A DNA stretch of 63,462 bases, the filler included, from Choristocarpus tenellus KU-1152 (lineage: Eukaryota > Protista > Phaeophyceae), in NCBI GenBank assembly GCA_964200185.2. It is 10 parts of 10 records of this genome, joined end to end, with 100 filler letters (N's around TTAATTAATTAA, not from the genome) between each part and the next. Parts side by side here need not be neighbours in the genome. Positions count along the whole stretch, not along the records: positions 15,511 to 29,873 come from CAXNAD020001219.1; positions 29,974 to 33,038 come from CAXNAD020022564.1; positions 33,139 to 36,079 come from CAXNAD020023487.1; positions 36,180 to 39,743 come from CAXNAD020019234.1; 6 more parts are not named here. The stretch is one strand, 5' to 3'. The notes under the pieces were generated by a model. It was not told the DNA's origin. It did not search any database and saw only the letters and a program-made list of their open reading frames with translations. Of the stretch, positions 26,001 to 38,349 are shown one piece after another. The position numbers and the translations under genes are program-made. How positions within the stretch are numbered: position 1 is the stretch's first letter; each line of letters opens with the position of its first letter.

Positions 26001-27242
26001 GCATGTTCCCCAGAATCAGTCTGAGGCTGCATTTTTGATCTCAGCACCATACTTGAAAATGAAAATCGATCAATTCCCTTCCAGAAAACAGACACTGACA
26101 ATCCTGACTATGGAGATCTCAACAAACACAACAAGTCTTGTAATTTTTTCTTTAATTAGCATTCGTACATTCACACTCTTTGCAACTTTAAAACTATCCA
26201 TGGTGGTAGAGGTCATATTCTTTGGATGATAACTATACAGGACACAAGTCAGATTATCGCTGAAAACCCTCCAATAGCACATCTCCTCTAGATGGTTCCT
26301 TCTTGCGATGGATCTATGCAGTGTGAACAGCATTGGTATATTCAGCCCAATAAGTTCATTCAATATTATTGATATTCATGGACTTCACAGATAAGGATTC
26401 TTGTGTCAACAATGGACACAAGACTTCAATACTGCTTGCTGACAGCTCCATTCTCCCTTTGCTGAGTCCATTAAGTACGTGCACTAACAGGTTGTTTACA
26501 GGAAATTGGAGGGAAAAGCGTGTTAATTCTCCCACCTGATCCATGGTTAAATTACTGTCTCCCAAATACACCACAGCTCCAGAACGTCGAGTATTACCAC
26601 TCAAGGATACATTTCTCATCGACACACTGCCATCCTGGAGATACCTGACATTGGGAAAAAGAGATTGGACCAGGACATGACGATATATTGACAAGTCCAT
26701 CAAAATACTTGTACTTCATTACAGTCAAAATATGACCCTTCACTAACCATCATAGAGCACTAGACAACGCTAAGCGATGTGATGTCATCACAACACCTTT
26801 GGGGTTAGCCAGAGCCACAGTCCTTGACATACGAAGCTCATACGGAAAGGAACACATTAGGGGAGCAGTGGCCATCATCAGGAGAGATAGGAGAGAGCTC
26901 TTGAAAATTGAGAGTAAGGACTGAGCCAAAAAAGGTCACATACAACTCAGGGGATGACAAAATTGAAAGAGCTTTATCAAGGATATGGTCACCTCATTAC
27001 CCCTCTCTACTTCTCTGGTTGGCCAATGTAGCAAAAATCCGCATAACCCCCCTCACATTGCCCCTCCTTCAGTTGTTGCAGTGTTATTGATGAGGTCACA
27101 TTCCCAGTCAGCACCACTCGTATCCCTCACGAAGAGGGCACCGCCAAGGTTTGCCTCGTTGCTCTCCACTGTCGCCCCCACACATGATACCTTATTTGTC
27201 GTCTCCACGTTCATAAAGCCTCCTGAATCCGCAAAATTATAC
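20015..27242 (-). CDS. Large secreted/membrane protein: GGA-type beta-helix ('polymorphic outer membrane protein'-like) repeats, Cys-rich region and transmembrane helix; partial
   Basis: Phase-consistent exons: 27242-27057 (NFADSGGFM…SNEANLGGALFV…NNTATTEGGA), 26644-26536, 25163-25059, 24672-24540, 24358-24168, 23354-23146, 21864-21642 (SCEAGTYREGKECISC), 21263-21156 (GVNCTMPGSTLQTLTLKKGYWR), 20654-20585 (ACRGG…YCTEGYTGP), 20163-20015 (FCAVCKSGY…CHMC…MFVILAVLSLFCFLAIILLGAFL). The GYWR…CxGG…CxxGYxGPxCAVC signature is typical of this stramenopile family. Both ends are unresolved. Confidence 0.85.
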
Positions 27243-29490
27243 CTAAATGTTCCCCCGGTAATCTTTCAAACAGGGATAGACAGATGGAAGTGTACTTGGG
27301 CATATCACAATATCGTGCAACATGGTCAAGTTGTGCTTGTCAGAACCTGTTTACTCTGGTGTATTTTATGTTTAGCCTCACAGTTGGAATTTCACGAGAT
27401 TATTGTAACAAAACTCCAAAAGACGATACCATGCTATGAACAGATGTATATCACATGGAACGGGTGGCACTCTAGTGATATCAGGGGTAGAAGCAGTGGA
27501 ATGAGTTGTCATTTACTGTAGTATTCATCAACTACTGTACAGCTCTAAAATAAGGTGGATGCAAATGTTGAACTCAGCCTACATCAGATAGACATAATAG
27601 ATGGTCTTTACTACTCCTTGTCTAATCCTCCAAAAATAGAAATTATTGGCCACTCCAGGAGTGGTCCACCCACTCAAGGCATGCGTGCATTTTGCAACGG
27701 AGAAGAGAGAGGAGTGATAACCTAGTTGGTGTGGCGTGATCCATGCGGCCTTGGCATACTGGAGGAATAGAGTCAATTGTTCTGTTCTATTTATAGGATA
27801 TATGGTACCAAGTATCTTGCAAATGATGATATTGAAGCAAAAATGCAAATTGCATCCCAAAGTAGTTGAGGGGCACTGTATGTGGCATGAATAGAAACCA
27901 ATCCATATTCTACAAATCTAGCCCCTGTATCTATCCTACTGATTCATTGAAGACGTTTTTGTCCTTCAACTTTCCACAGCCCTCAATGTTCAAATCATTT
28001 AGTCCCGAGGAAATTAAGAGATATAGTCCCATAAATACCGCGTAGGTGGAAACATTCTACAAGACATGTCATGAAATGTTGAAATTGATATGAACGAATC
28101 AGGGACTCTATCTCCCTCAAGTATATATATGTGCTATTCAGAAATAAACCCATACAGGGATTGTAATTTACATTAGCGTTTTCCTTGACATTATCATTCC
28201 AAACGTAAAAAGAAAAGATCATTATTCACTCAGAGATAGTTGATTAACATGAGTCGGATTTGAACAGGCATATTGTGTGGGCACCAAAATATTGATCTTG
28301 TTGGCAATATATTTTTTCGCTCTCCCACGTTTTTCCGATCCTCCTGATAAATTCCGTGTAGTGAGGGAACATTCAGACAGAAAAATCTGCACAAGATTTC
28401 TTTACTTAATGTTGTTCCTCGAAAGAATCTAATGGTACACCATAAATTGTCTCAAATTATTCCATCATGGAGTCAATTAAATCAAAACATTCAGGCAAAG
28501 CTAAGTTGCAAATAATGATATTGACTAAAATGTACAAAATTCGTCTTTTTTTACAATGTGTATAGGATATTTAATGACTTCTGTCGTAAATGTTCCAAAC
28601 AATAGAGAGAAATAAACGCTTCCATGTCAAACTTAGAACTTCATCCATAGAAATATGGGTTAATGGCAAAAGTTTAATAAACAGACTTAAAATACAAAAC
28701 TGTCAAAACGTAGATACATCTTCATTACGCCAGACAATTGTAAATCAAATTGAACACATACAGAGGAAACTGCTACTCAAGTGGCACTATGAAGGCAGCA
28801 TAGAAAGAAGGAAAGGGTCCCACGAGGGAATAACCTCATAATTCTGTCAATGTCGTCCATGTTGTCCACGGACTCAATGTCTCTAGCTTAATGAAAAAAC
28901 TACAACAAAGTTCGGGTTACAGGCGCGGATATTACTCAATTGACTCAATGGCCTTGCTTGAATTATAATGGTTCACAACTAAAACGTTCAAGCTCATTGA
29001 CACTTCTTCAGATTGAGGGTCTCAGACTAGCAATTTGCTACATGGTGATCTATTGCCAGATAAAGAGGTCAAACGGAAAATTTATGAAATTATGATCCAG
29101 TGTCGTACCTTTTCCATTAGAGCTCAAACTTCTTGTGATATCAGGAGAAGCACGTATATAGGCATAGTTCATGATAGCTGCGTATATCTACACTGTCGTC
29201 CCGCAACTGTTTTTTACCGCAAGGCGCATTGTTATGTGTTGTGGTGACAGTAGAATTACCCAGTGAACTAGACCGTGTTTCACTGTCAAACATCACAAAC
29301 AACAGCCTGCACCCAGGAAGTTTTTCCAGTACACAGACTATACGTGTTCTATTGCCGATTTCTTTACCGTATCTGTTTTGATATAGTGTTTTCAATTTGT
29401 AAGGCTTACACTGCTGCCTCTACAACAATGCAGTTTTTGCCTTAATTTTGTGAACTGTGGAGTTTGCGGACGGTAAGCATATTGATAGTA

Positions 29491-29779
29491 CCTCCGTGCC
29501 AAAAGTCTGTGCCGCGTTATCCATAACTTCTGAAGATGTTCATGAAATTCATTTCTGAAAGAAGATTTGGAATTCTTGACGAATTCCTGATTAGAGACAG
29601 CTCCTTTGTTTTATTTTACGCACCATTCATCACAATTTTATCAGCCACAGAAAAATCCTTGATGTCTACCTTGTCTACCTTCGGCGTGTTTTCAAACTCA
29701 CCAGATAACTGCCTCTTCCTTACCCCTGTGTGCTCCACACTGAAGTCATTCCCCCCTTTGTATTTAAGTACTTGATTAT
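29491..29779 (-). mobile_element. Tc1/mariner (DD39D-type) transposase C-terminal relic with terminus
   Basis: Minus strand 29777-29616 reads NQVLKYKGGNDFSVEHTGVRKRQL…NGA*, like the GGNxYKxPH tail of plant/oomycete mariner transposases. TA|CCTCCGT at 29489 resembles a mariner/Stowaway terminus. Truncated by the mini-element at 29780. Confidence 0.55.
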
Positions 29780-29825
29780 GGGTCAAAGTATCTGGGGGGG
29801 GGGTGTCGGCGTCCGTTTTTCATCC
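29780..29825 (-). mobile_element. Poly-C mini-element (GGG…(C)CC termini)
   Basis: GGGTCAAAGTATCTG(G)nTGTCGGCGTCCGTTTTTCATCC is the reverse complement of the two ends seen at 31309-31447. Confidence 0.6.
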
Positions 29826-30740
29826 TTTTTTCGATTTTCACTTTTTTTGGTGTGATTTGGTCGCAGGTGTCGGNNNNNNNNNNNNNNNNNNNNNNNNNNN
29901 NNNNNNNNNNNNNNNNNTTAATTAATTAANNNNNNNNNNNNNNNNNNNNNNNNNNNNNNNNNNNNNNNNNNNNCCATTACTCCTTGAAACTGCCCTCTCC
30001 TTCCTCCCTCCTTACCATTCGCCCAATCACCCTCACACAGAGACATTCAACTGCAATAACTGCAGCAACAGTGTCCCAAACCTCTTCAATGGCATGCACG
30101 CCAGTATCAGGGCCAGGGGAGGGTATTCAAAACACATCCAGCTAGTCCACGTTCATGGCATTAGCATGGGCTTCTGCAGTGGCAGGATTAGTTGTCTGAA
30201 GTGCAAGGGGAATGATTTCATTGTAAAAGGTGGAAAACACAGCCTCATTATGCCATTCAATCACCATCAGGGGCCGTGCCACCCGCTCCAGGAGAAAAGT
30301 CTTGTACTCCAAGAGGCCGGCCTGTTGCATAGAGGAAGAGGGAAGATGGGGTGTAACGGAAAGATTGCCTCCAAAAATGACATATTATCCAAGAACAGCA
30401 CCAAACAATCAACGAGTTATGTTTGGGAGCAATGAAAACATTATGGTCATGTCTGCTCTCGAACATGTACGTGCTTGTACTGGTTCCTCCATTACACTCT
30501 ATCATCCCATAAATCACATACAGGCTCGAGAGCTGCCTCCCACACCAACTGGTCTCTTGTCTTCCAAAACAAGAGAGCAAAAAAAAGTAATTCGACACAC
30601 AATAGGTCTCAATCAACACTTCAGAGCATATACCTAGGGTACACACCAACAGACTACTTCAGTTCCACCTACAACCCCCTTCCTAGTCTCTCCTGCCAGT
30701 CCAACCTCTTCACCCCTTAATCCTCAAATTCCACCCCTCT

Positions 30741-32974
30741 TCATAACACCCCCTGGGCCTCCTCCAAGTATCTCCCAAACCCCTTCCAGTGCTCTCCCAC
30801 CTTTCTTAGAGACTCTGTGAAGCGTTCTTCAGGCATGCCTCCATCAAGCAGCATCTCTCTTACCAGGGACAACTCCCTCCTCACATACAATCTATACACA
30901 GGACAGTTCCCGGTTGTGAGGACATTCCGTGACCTGGCAGACACCGTCGATAACTGCGCAGCAGAGAAGACCTTGCCTGCTGACAATGACACCACTCGTG
31001 TCATCTCTACCACCTATCAACATGTACAGAAGATGAATGTAGGGGAGAAGGGAGAGGAGGGTCAGGGGATATTGTATTACATACTAGTACACTGCGAAAG
31101 CCCCAGTAGGGTCCTGGTTAACATGACTGTGTCTAGTGCGTCCTGTTGATGTCCCGCAATAAACTGTTTTAAGTTGACAACAGACACACACATATAGTAT
31201 TCTGTATACTGGTAGTCAGTGCTCGAATTTTGTACATCAGTACCGCCACTCTTGTTATTAAAACATGTACAAATATTGGTGGTACCACTCACTCGTCTAT
31301 GAAATATAGGGTCAAAAACGGACGCCGGCACCCCCCCCCCCCCCCCCCCCCCCCCCCCCTTTCCCCCCCGCAAACATTTTGGTGCACCCCCCCCNNNNNN
31401 NNNNCGCCGGCACCCCACCCCCCCCACCCCCTCAGACACTTTGACCCTGTGCAAATATTGGTGGTACCACTCACCCATCTATGAAAACGTAAAACAAATA
31501 TTTGTGATACCATTCACCCGTCTATGAAGCATGTACAAATATTTGTGGTATCACTCTCCTATGTGCACCAGATGTACAGTTCCCTGGTACAAATAAGTAT
31601 GTTTAAATCCCTCCATAATGATTTGTTCTCATTATCTCAAGCTGTACAAATCACAGCGTGTTGATTTGTCAACATATTATCATGCTGTCGGAACATTTGT
31701 CCCACACCACTCTCAGAAATATGAATCAGTGTAAATATTAGAGATCCACAAATAAAAGAGCTAATTCCTAAATATTTGATTGCTGCGGATGTGCCCCAAG
31801 TGTGCATAACTCAGATTGTATTACAGGACCAGCCACTGATTTGTTGGAAATTGATTTATACACCACAAACTGGATTTCATTGGGTTGGTCCAACATTTGA
31901 ATCATACTCAACCAAATCATGAAAAGCTCATTCTAGCCCACCCCCTACCTAATTCCTCTCTCACACATGAAACTCCTTCAAACAAATCAAGACCTAACTT
32001 CTCAACTACTCCCAACTCTGTTCAGGGGAAGTCAGCACAGAAAGCACACCATGAAAAAAACGGAAATACCCTTAACCTTTTAATGCCAACACTATTATTC
32101 TTCCTCTCATATGGCAGTTCACTTGTACACACAGACCATCACCCCTACTAGACAAACTCACCTGTGCGCAGATATCAGCGCTCGTTACATCCTCTGTCTC
32201 AAACAGAACCATAAGCGAAGATCGGAGCTTCACCTCCTCCGCCAGCGGCAGCCCAACACCCACCCCTGCCAGGGCCTGCCGAGCAAATGCAATCAATGCC
32301 GCCGTGTACGCCACCTGCTCTGCCCCTGCTGCAGTCACCACAATCCGGTACTGGTCTAGCAACAACGTCTCTGGAACAGCCACCCCATCCAAGGTATCTT
32401 CCCCCTCCCCACCACCACCCCCCTCCCCATGACCAGTGCCTCTTGCCCCTGCAACAGATGCAGATACTGCAACAGGAGAACCTGTTGTCGAACCCCTCAC
32501 CCCTGTGCTGGCAGTGCCCCCACCAAAGCTCCCACAACCCGTCACCACTGCACCAGCCCATCCCACGGCCCCAGGCGAAGTCTTGCTGCGCTCAACACGC
32601 ATGATTGCGCCCAAGAGGTTATCCACTATGGCTACACGGAGGAGCTTGAGGTATGCTTCCCCTCGCCGTTGCTCTAGGTCTGACAGGAGCTGTCGGGCAA
32701 ACTCTGCCTCTGCCACCATCGCAGACGTTGGGGTTGTGGCTTGCTGTGAAACCTGTGTAGCAGGGGCAGGGCTTGTCCCAAAGGAGGTAGCGGCTGAAGC
32801 ACGCAGTTGTGTCACAGCCCTATGAAGCCATAAGTGAGTCATGTCAAGGGACGTTTCCCCAGCATCGAGTTTCTCTGTGAAGCGATCTCGCTCGTACTCA
32901 ACCCCATGCTGCTTGAGAAAGGGTGTCACAAAATGTAGATGGGCATTGAGGATGTCCACGTGGATTTCGTCCGT
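30741..32974 (-). CDS. T-complex protein 11 (TCP11/SOK1) family protein, last two exons
   Basis: Exon 32974-32162: TDEIHVDILNAHLHFVTPFLKQHGVEYERDRFTEKL…THLWL…VPETLLLDQYRI…DICAQ. Exon 31013-30741: VVEMTR…CPVYRLYVRREL…*. The vEYERxxF and PETLxLDxxR motifs are characteristic of Tcp11. Splice sites are canonical, phase 0. Confidence 0.85.
31309..31447 (+). mobile_element. Poly-C mini-element inserted into a ~40-bp minisatellite (31262-31560), in the TCP11 intron
   Basis: GGGTCAAAAACGGACGCCGGCA(C)n…CTCAGACACTTTGACCC, flanked on both sides by atgtacaaatattggtggtaccactcacccgtctatgaa-like units. Confidence 0.65.
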
Positions 32975-33370
32975 CTGTTAAGACAAAACCAAATCAAATC
33001 AAATGTGTGAGAGGTGGGGGAGGCAGAGGGTGGGGGAGNNNNNNNNNNNNNNNNNNNNNNNNNNNNNNNNNNNNNNNNNNNNTTAATTAATTAANNNNNN
33101 NNNNNNNNNNNNNNNNNNNNNNNNNNNNNNNNNNNNNNACGCTTTGATAAGTTCATCTTAAAAAAAAAAAAAAATGCAGGAAAAAAAAGAAGCAGATCGT
33201 CATGTCTGTAACCTGGGGGGAGATTACGATGTGTTCCGAAGAAATGTTATTTTTTTAAAAACCAAAACTGAGTTTCAAAAGGTTCGACAAAAAAAAAAGG
33301 TTGATAACGTAGACAGTATCAGCAATTCTTTGTATGTCTCTACAGACAGGTCAACACCCCTACAACAATT

Positions 33371-33401
<31 letters not shown>

Positions 33402-34892
33402 CATGCTGAAAAATATAACACATATTGGGAGACACGTACGAAAAAGCCCGCACACCCGCACAAACTCTCTACAAACTCCCCGGTTGCAACAGACAGCACA
33501 TTTCCCTTTGCAACAAATCAGGTCACCTTGAGGCCTTCCACGCACAGAAACATGCACTAGTCTCATCAATAACCCACCCATAGCATGAAAACAAACATAC
33601 ATGCAAAACCACTCTACCAAAACCTCACACACATGAATGCCCTCAACTCTACGCCCCCCTCCCCCCCCCCCCCCCCCCCCCCCCCCCATTCCCTTACCCC
33701 ACCCCTTTCCCCTCCCCCCTCCCCTGCAGCTGCTCCAGAGCCTCCCGGAAGACAAGCGCCTGAATACCACGGATGCTGAAGCGTTATGTCAGAGCTAAAG
33801 CACACACCATCAATGAGCAGTTATAACACAGAGAGGGGAGATGGGAGGTGAGACAGAAAGAGCCAAAGTAGACACAAACGGGGGAGGGAGTTGCAAGTTC
33901 CTCTCTGCGTTTTGTATCTGGTGGTGTGTAGTTTTGGAGGACACAGGCCATTTCGGTTAGGTTTGAGAGTACATTCAGTTCACAGAAGCAACTTATCTCT
34001 CTTTTTTTAATGTCAATTAAATCTTATTTTTTTTTAAATTGAGAAATCATAACCCTTGAAATAAAAAACTCGATATGACCAAAACATCTCGCACACAAAC
34101 CCAAGGGATGGACATAGATAGACTCATGGTTGACTCAGAGGTACAGTGCGACTACGAGGTATACCTCACTACATCATATATTGAGAGCAGCACCCATTTC
34201 AAGTTTCTTGGGTAGGCTGATGATGGCCTTATGTACGTACGCCCATGGACTTAATGCAAGCGCAGGAGGATTGCAGATGATAGATAGTGTTCAACACAAA
34301 CAACTGGGTGTTGGTAGATAGCTCAAACACAATGTGGGTACCTACGAGAGCTGATGGCAACACGCCATCGCAATATATATATATATATATAGAAAAATAA
34401 ATCGGGTTAATCTTTTCACTTCCGGAATGCGTGCTGTGGGCCAATCAGACGCTGTGCGCACCAAAGCGGTTACGCTTGCGTTTGGTCGATGTGTGACAGC
34501 TGTTTCACACTGTGTGTAGACCAATCAGATGCCTCCTCTATTTGTTTTGAAAAAGATAACTTTTTTCAAAACCTCTTTGCCTACACCCCTCGCTGCAGTC
34601 TATTGAATTGGGTAGACTGGGGGAGGGGATGTACAGTGTTAGGGTTAGGGATAGATTTAGGAGAGTTCAGATGGCTCCCACTACATACTGTTGTCTCAAA
34701 GCAGCCACTACCAAGTCAGCCTCGTGGTATGCCAATCACACTGATTGCCTCCTCCCCTCTCAAGTATCTAAGCATGCTCTTATCTGTTGTTGTTGTGTAT
34801 GTATGCCTAGCCTACTAGACAATGCCTACCACAACAACTACCCTCTGTAACTATAACGGCCAATCAAACAACACCTCCTGCATACGGAGAGT

Positions 34893-34954
<62 letters not shown>

Positions 34955-35065
34955 CCCAACAAAGATCCTTCACCTTATGGAGCACAGATCAGGGATATTG
35001 ATTTGACTACTCTGGAACAAAAAATAAATAATATTTTCTATTGCAAATACCAGGCAATGCTTCAC

Positions 35066-35212
35066 CCTTGCAGCGTCAATCTGACCTGTGTTGATTGCCT
35101 TGAGATCCATCACTCTAGAAAGCAACTCTCGGAGCTCCCCAAGCTCCCCATCCATCCTTTGCAGGGCAGACTCCTTCTTCCTGAGTGCTGTCTCAAGTTG
35201 GTGAAGCTCTGC
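35066..35212 (-). CDS. Exon of a coiled-coil protein of unknown function
   Basis: ag|AELHQLETALRKKESALQRMDGELGELRELLSRVMDLKAINTGQIDAAR|gt, 147 nt, phase 0, heptad-like. Neighbouring exons are uncertain. Confidence 0.55.
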
Positions 35213-36182
35213 CTATACATCAATGACAGTGGGAGATGGATGGGGGTGATGTAGAGATGTGGCAGAGCAGGGAGGCGAAGGGTGCAGCATGAAGGGCAGG
35301 GGGGGTGGGGGCGGGGGCGGAGGGGGCTGGGGGAATATAATAGGGATGTGATGGAAAGAGAGGAAGAGGGTGAGCTACTACAATGCAAACAACATCTTTA
35401 GAACAGGAACTCTTTCCACTACTAGGCACACTATTGTAACGATATTCAACCCTTTTTTTTCTTCTTTCCTATATAATAAAATATACAGGTACTTTGAAGC
35501 AATTTCTTCATTTCAAAAAACATATACAGGACTCCTACAGCAAGTACCGGTTCCCACAACGCCTTCCAAGTACTACAGCATCAGTAGGACAACCTCAAGA
35601 CATGAAAAGAGTACAAATAAAAAATATTTTGTCCATGGGACCTTGCCGGATTTTTTTTTATAGTACACTTGAAATCATATGCTCTTTATTAGGTGGTGCC
35701 CATACATAGGATGGGGCAGGGGCAATTTCCAGCCAAGCCAATTGTGAGTGCCATTGCTTGCACATGCCATCCAATGTGCACCCTTATGTATTTGAGAGCG
35801 TTCTTTGAGCGGGCTGAGTTGTTGTTTCACAGCAGGATCTGGGACTTCAAAGTCCAAAAAACACATAGCAGTGATAAACTCTCTATAAATCATTGATATA
35901 GTAGTGGCTTATAAATTATTTCACAACCAAGAGACAAAAATTTGACAACTACCTTCAAATGACATCATCAGTCCACATGTATACATATGCCCCCATCCAA
36001 CCTAAGAAGAAGCAACTAATCAAGACATCAATTTTCTCTGTCTCACCCCTCACCCCCCCAGATACTTTGACCCACTTACNNNNNNNNNNNNNNNNNNNNN
36101 NNNNNNNNNNNNNNNNNNNNNNNTTAATTAATTAANNNNNNNNNNNNNNNNNNNNNNNNNNNNNNNNNNNNNNNNNNNNGTG

Positions 36183-36345
36183 GTGAAGTAACTGATTAGT
36201 GGTTTCCACACTTACAATGTTTTATAGTGTTATTACGTTTAGGATATTTTATTTCTTTAGGTCTAATAACGACATATATGTAGTTTTGATTGGCTTCCCC
36301 CTTGACACATCTGCAAAATGTTAGAGGGCATAATAATAAAATATA
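36183..36345 (+). mobile_element. Dispersed repeat / retroposon-like 3' end, copy 2
   Basis: About 160 nt similar to the reverse complement of 55705-55886, ending in the same stem-loop + TAA tail. Confidence 0.65.
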
Positions 36346-37049
36346 ATAGATTCCATTTTATTTATACCGACGCGTTATACAAGACCTTCCAATGCCACCA
36401 TCACACCATTCCACTGTAACGACTAACCCTCGAAAGTCAATACCGATACAAGATTCTTGGATCACCGAATCATGGCTTATCAGGATGTGGTCACGGGCGT
36501 AGACTTCGAGCTGAATGCTGCGGTGTCATGGGTACTAAAGAGTCTGTGAAGAAAACGTGCAGTTGAAAGATGACGGCTGCTCATTTGAAGTCGTACCAAG
36601 CGGTTATCATCGCCTATGCGGTGAGGTCCGTGAAGGAACGCAGAAGCACAGTTTCACGGAATTCGAGACATGCCTTGGCAACGCAAAGATACATGGAAGA
36701 GGCGGTCCCTGGATTCTTGAAGTGGTTAGGAGAGGAAGCCCCAGACTTGACCCCCACGACCCTTACGAAGGAAGTGTTGGAGCAGACAACGTTGGGAACC
36801 GGGAAGAAGACCACTCCGAAGACATTCTTAAGTGTGAACACTTCGATATGGTCCAGGTGGACTAAGGTGCAGAAGATTGTCACCAACGTGTACACCCCCC
36901 TCTGGCTGACGTGAGTATGAAAATATATGTTGCTGAGCTCTTGCTGTATTGCATTACCTTTTGTTCGAGCTGTGACACCCATATCTCGTGATAATAGTGT
37001 ACCCTTGTCAGTCCTAGGAGAATGGCAAGCATCAACGACACCCACAACC

Positions 37050-37307
37050 GAGTCAAAGGATCTAGGAGGGTATAGCCGCGTCCATTTGGGGGTCAAAGTC
37101 CAATGTTGCAATTTTGATGTAATTTTGTCTATGGTGTTTGTTTGGAGATGTCGATATCCTTGTTTCGGATACACCTTTTCATAACGTATGCATTTTACCT
37201 GCTCCGAACATTTTGGAGCAGGCAAAATGTCATTAAAAACCCGTGGGAAGCCAAGCCCCAAATGGACAAACAGGGAAAAAATCATACCCTCCAAGATACT
37301 TTCTCTC
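37050..37307 (+). mobile_element. MITE family A copy 4
   Basis: Full TIRs and a perfect 4-bp TSD AACC/AACC. Confidence 0.9.
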
Positions 37308-37756
37308 AACCCGACCTTCCAAGTGCCACAGATTGCCTCTTAATACCCCTAGACCAGCTGGATGTAGAGAACCCCCCCTGACACACTTCCCAGATTCCCA
37401 AGATGCACTAGTACTCCAACTGGTGAACATACGCAACCAGGGAAGGAAAATGAAACTTTTTTATTGTAGACCCAGAAGCAGGTACCGCAGCAATAGATCT
37501 CACCCAAGACAGGATCCTCTGTCTCCATCACTGGAGAATCCAGATCTAGTACCCCTCCCAGTAGAGGTGGTGTGGGAGGACGATTGGACTCTGTAGTGGG
37601 AACTACGTCTGTCAGAAGTAGAATATATAGAAGAAAGGTTTGTTAGCAAAATTTGCAAAGGATTCTTTAAGGGGGCACAACCACAGTCCAGACAGTTGGT
37701 GATTGAGCCTTTATCTGAGTATAACTTGGAATTAGGAAATGCTGTTGGAATTGCCA

Positions 37757-38009
37757 GAGTAAAAGTATCTTAGAGGGTACAATGTTGGCCCTCTTTGTCC
37801 GTTTGGGGCTTGACTTCCCACGTTTTTTTCATGACATTTTCCTACTCCGAAATGTTTCGGAGTAGGTAAAATGTAAATGTTATGGAAGATGTGACCGGAT
37901 CAAGGATATTTACACCTCTTAACAAACAAGATAGCCCAAATTACATCATTATCGCAACATTGGATTTTAGCCCCCAAATGGACGCAGATCTACCCTCTAA
38001 GTTTGACTC
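37757..38009 (-). mobile_element. MITE family A copy 5
   Basis: TIRs, a perfect 4-bp TSD GCCA/GCCA and a perfect internal hairpin at 37841-37866. Confidence 0.9.
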
Positions 38010-38349
38010 GCCAGAGGTGTACAATGGTGGAACCCAGGAACTCCCATGTATTGCAAGCTGGTAAATACATGCAGCAAACCCAGCAGTGTTCAAGCAGGGC
38101 TGCTAGTTGCAAAGGCAATCGCTCTAATTACTCAAGATACAGAAAGGATGGTTACACTCTTCCAGACACTATCCAAATCCCCCAAAGATTCCCCAAATAA
38201 CTCAAGTCCCTGCCTGCTGTAGCTAGGTCCCAATCTAGTCGCCCTGCGGAACCAAACGATACTAGTAACTGTTCGGTAGAAGAGAAATCGACACCTCTTC
38301 AGATGAAGCTATGGGGGTCCGGCATCAAGCAGTGAGCCTTAGTGATGCC

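Noticed and set aside
32111-32825. Several overlapping plus-strand ORFs
   Set aside because: Antisense shadows of the GC-rich TCP11 exon.
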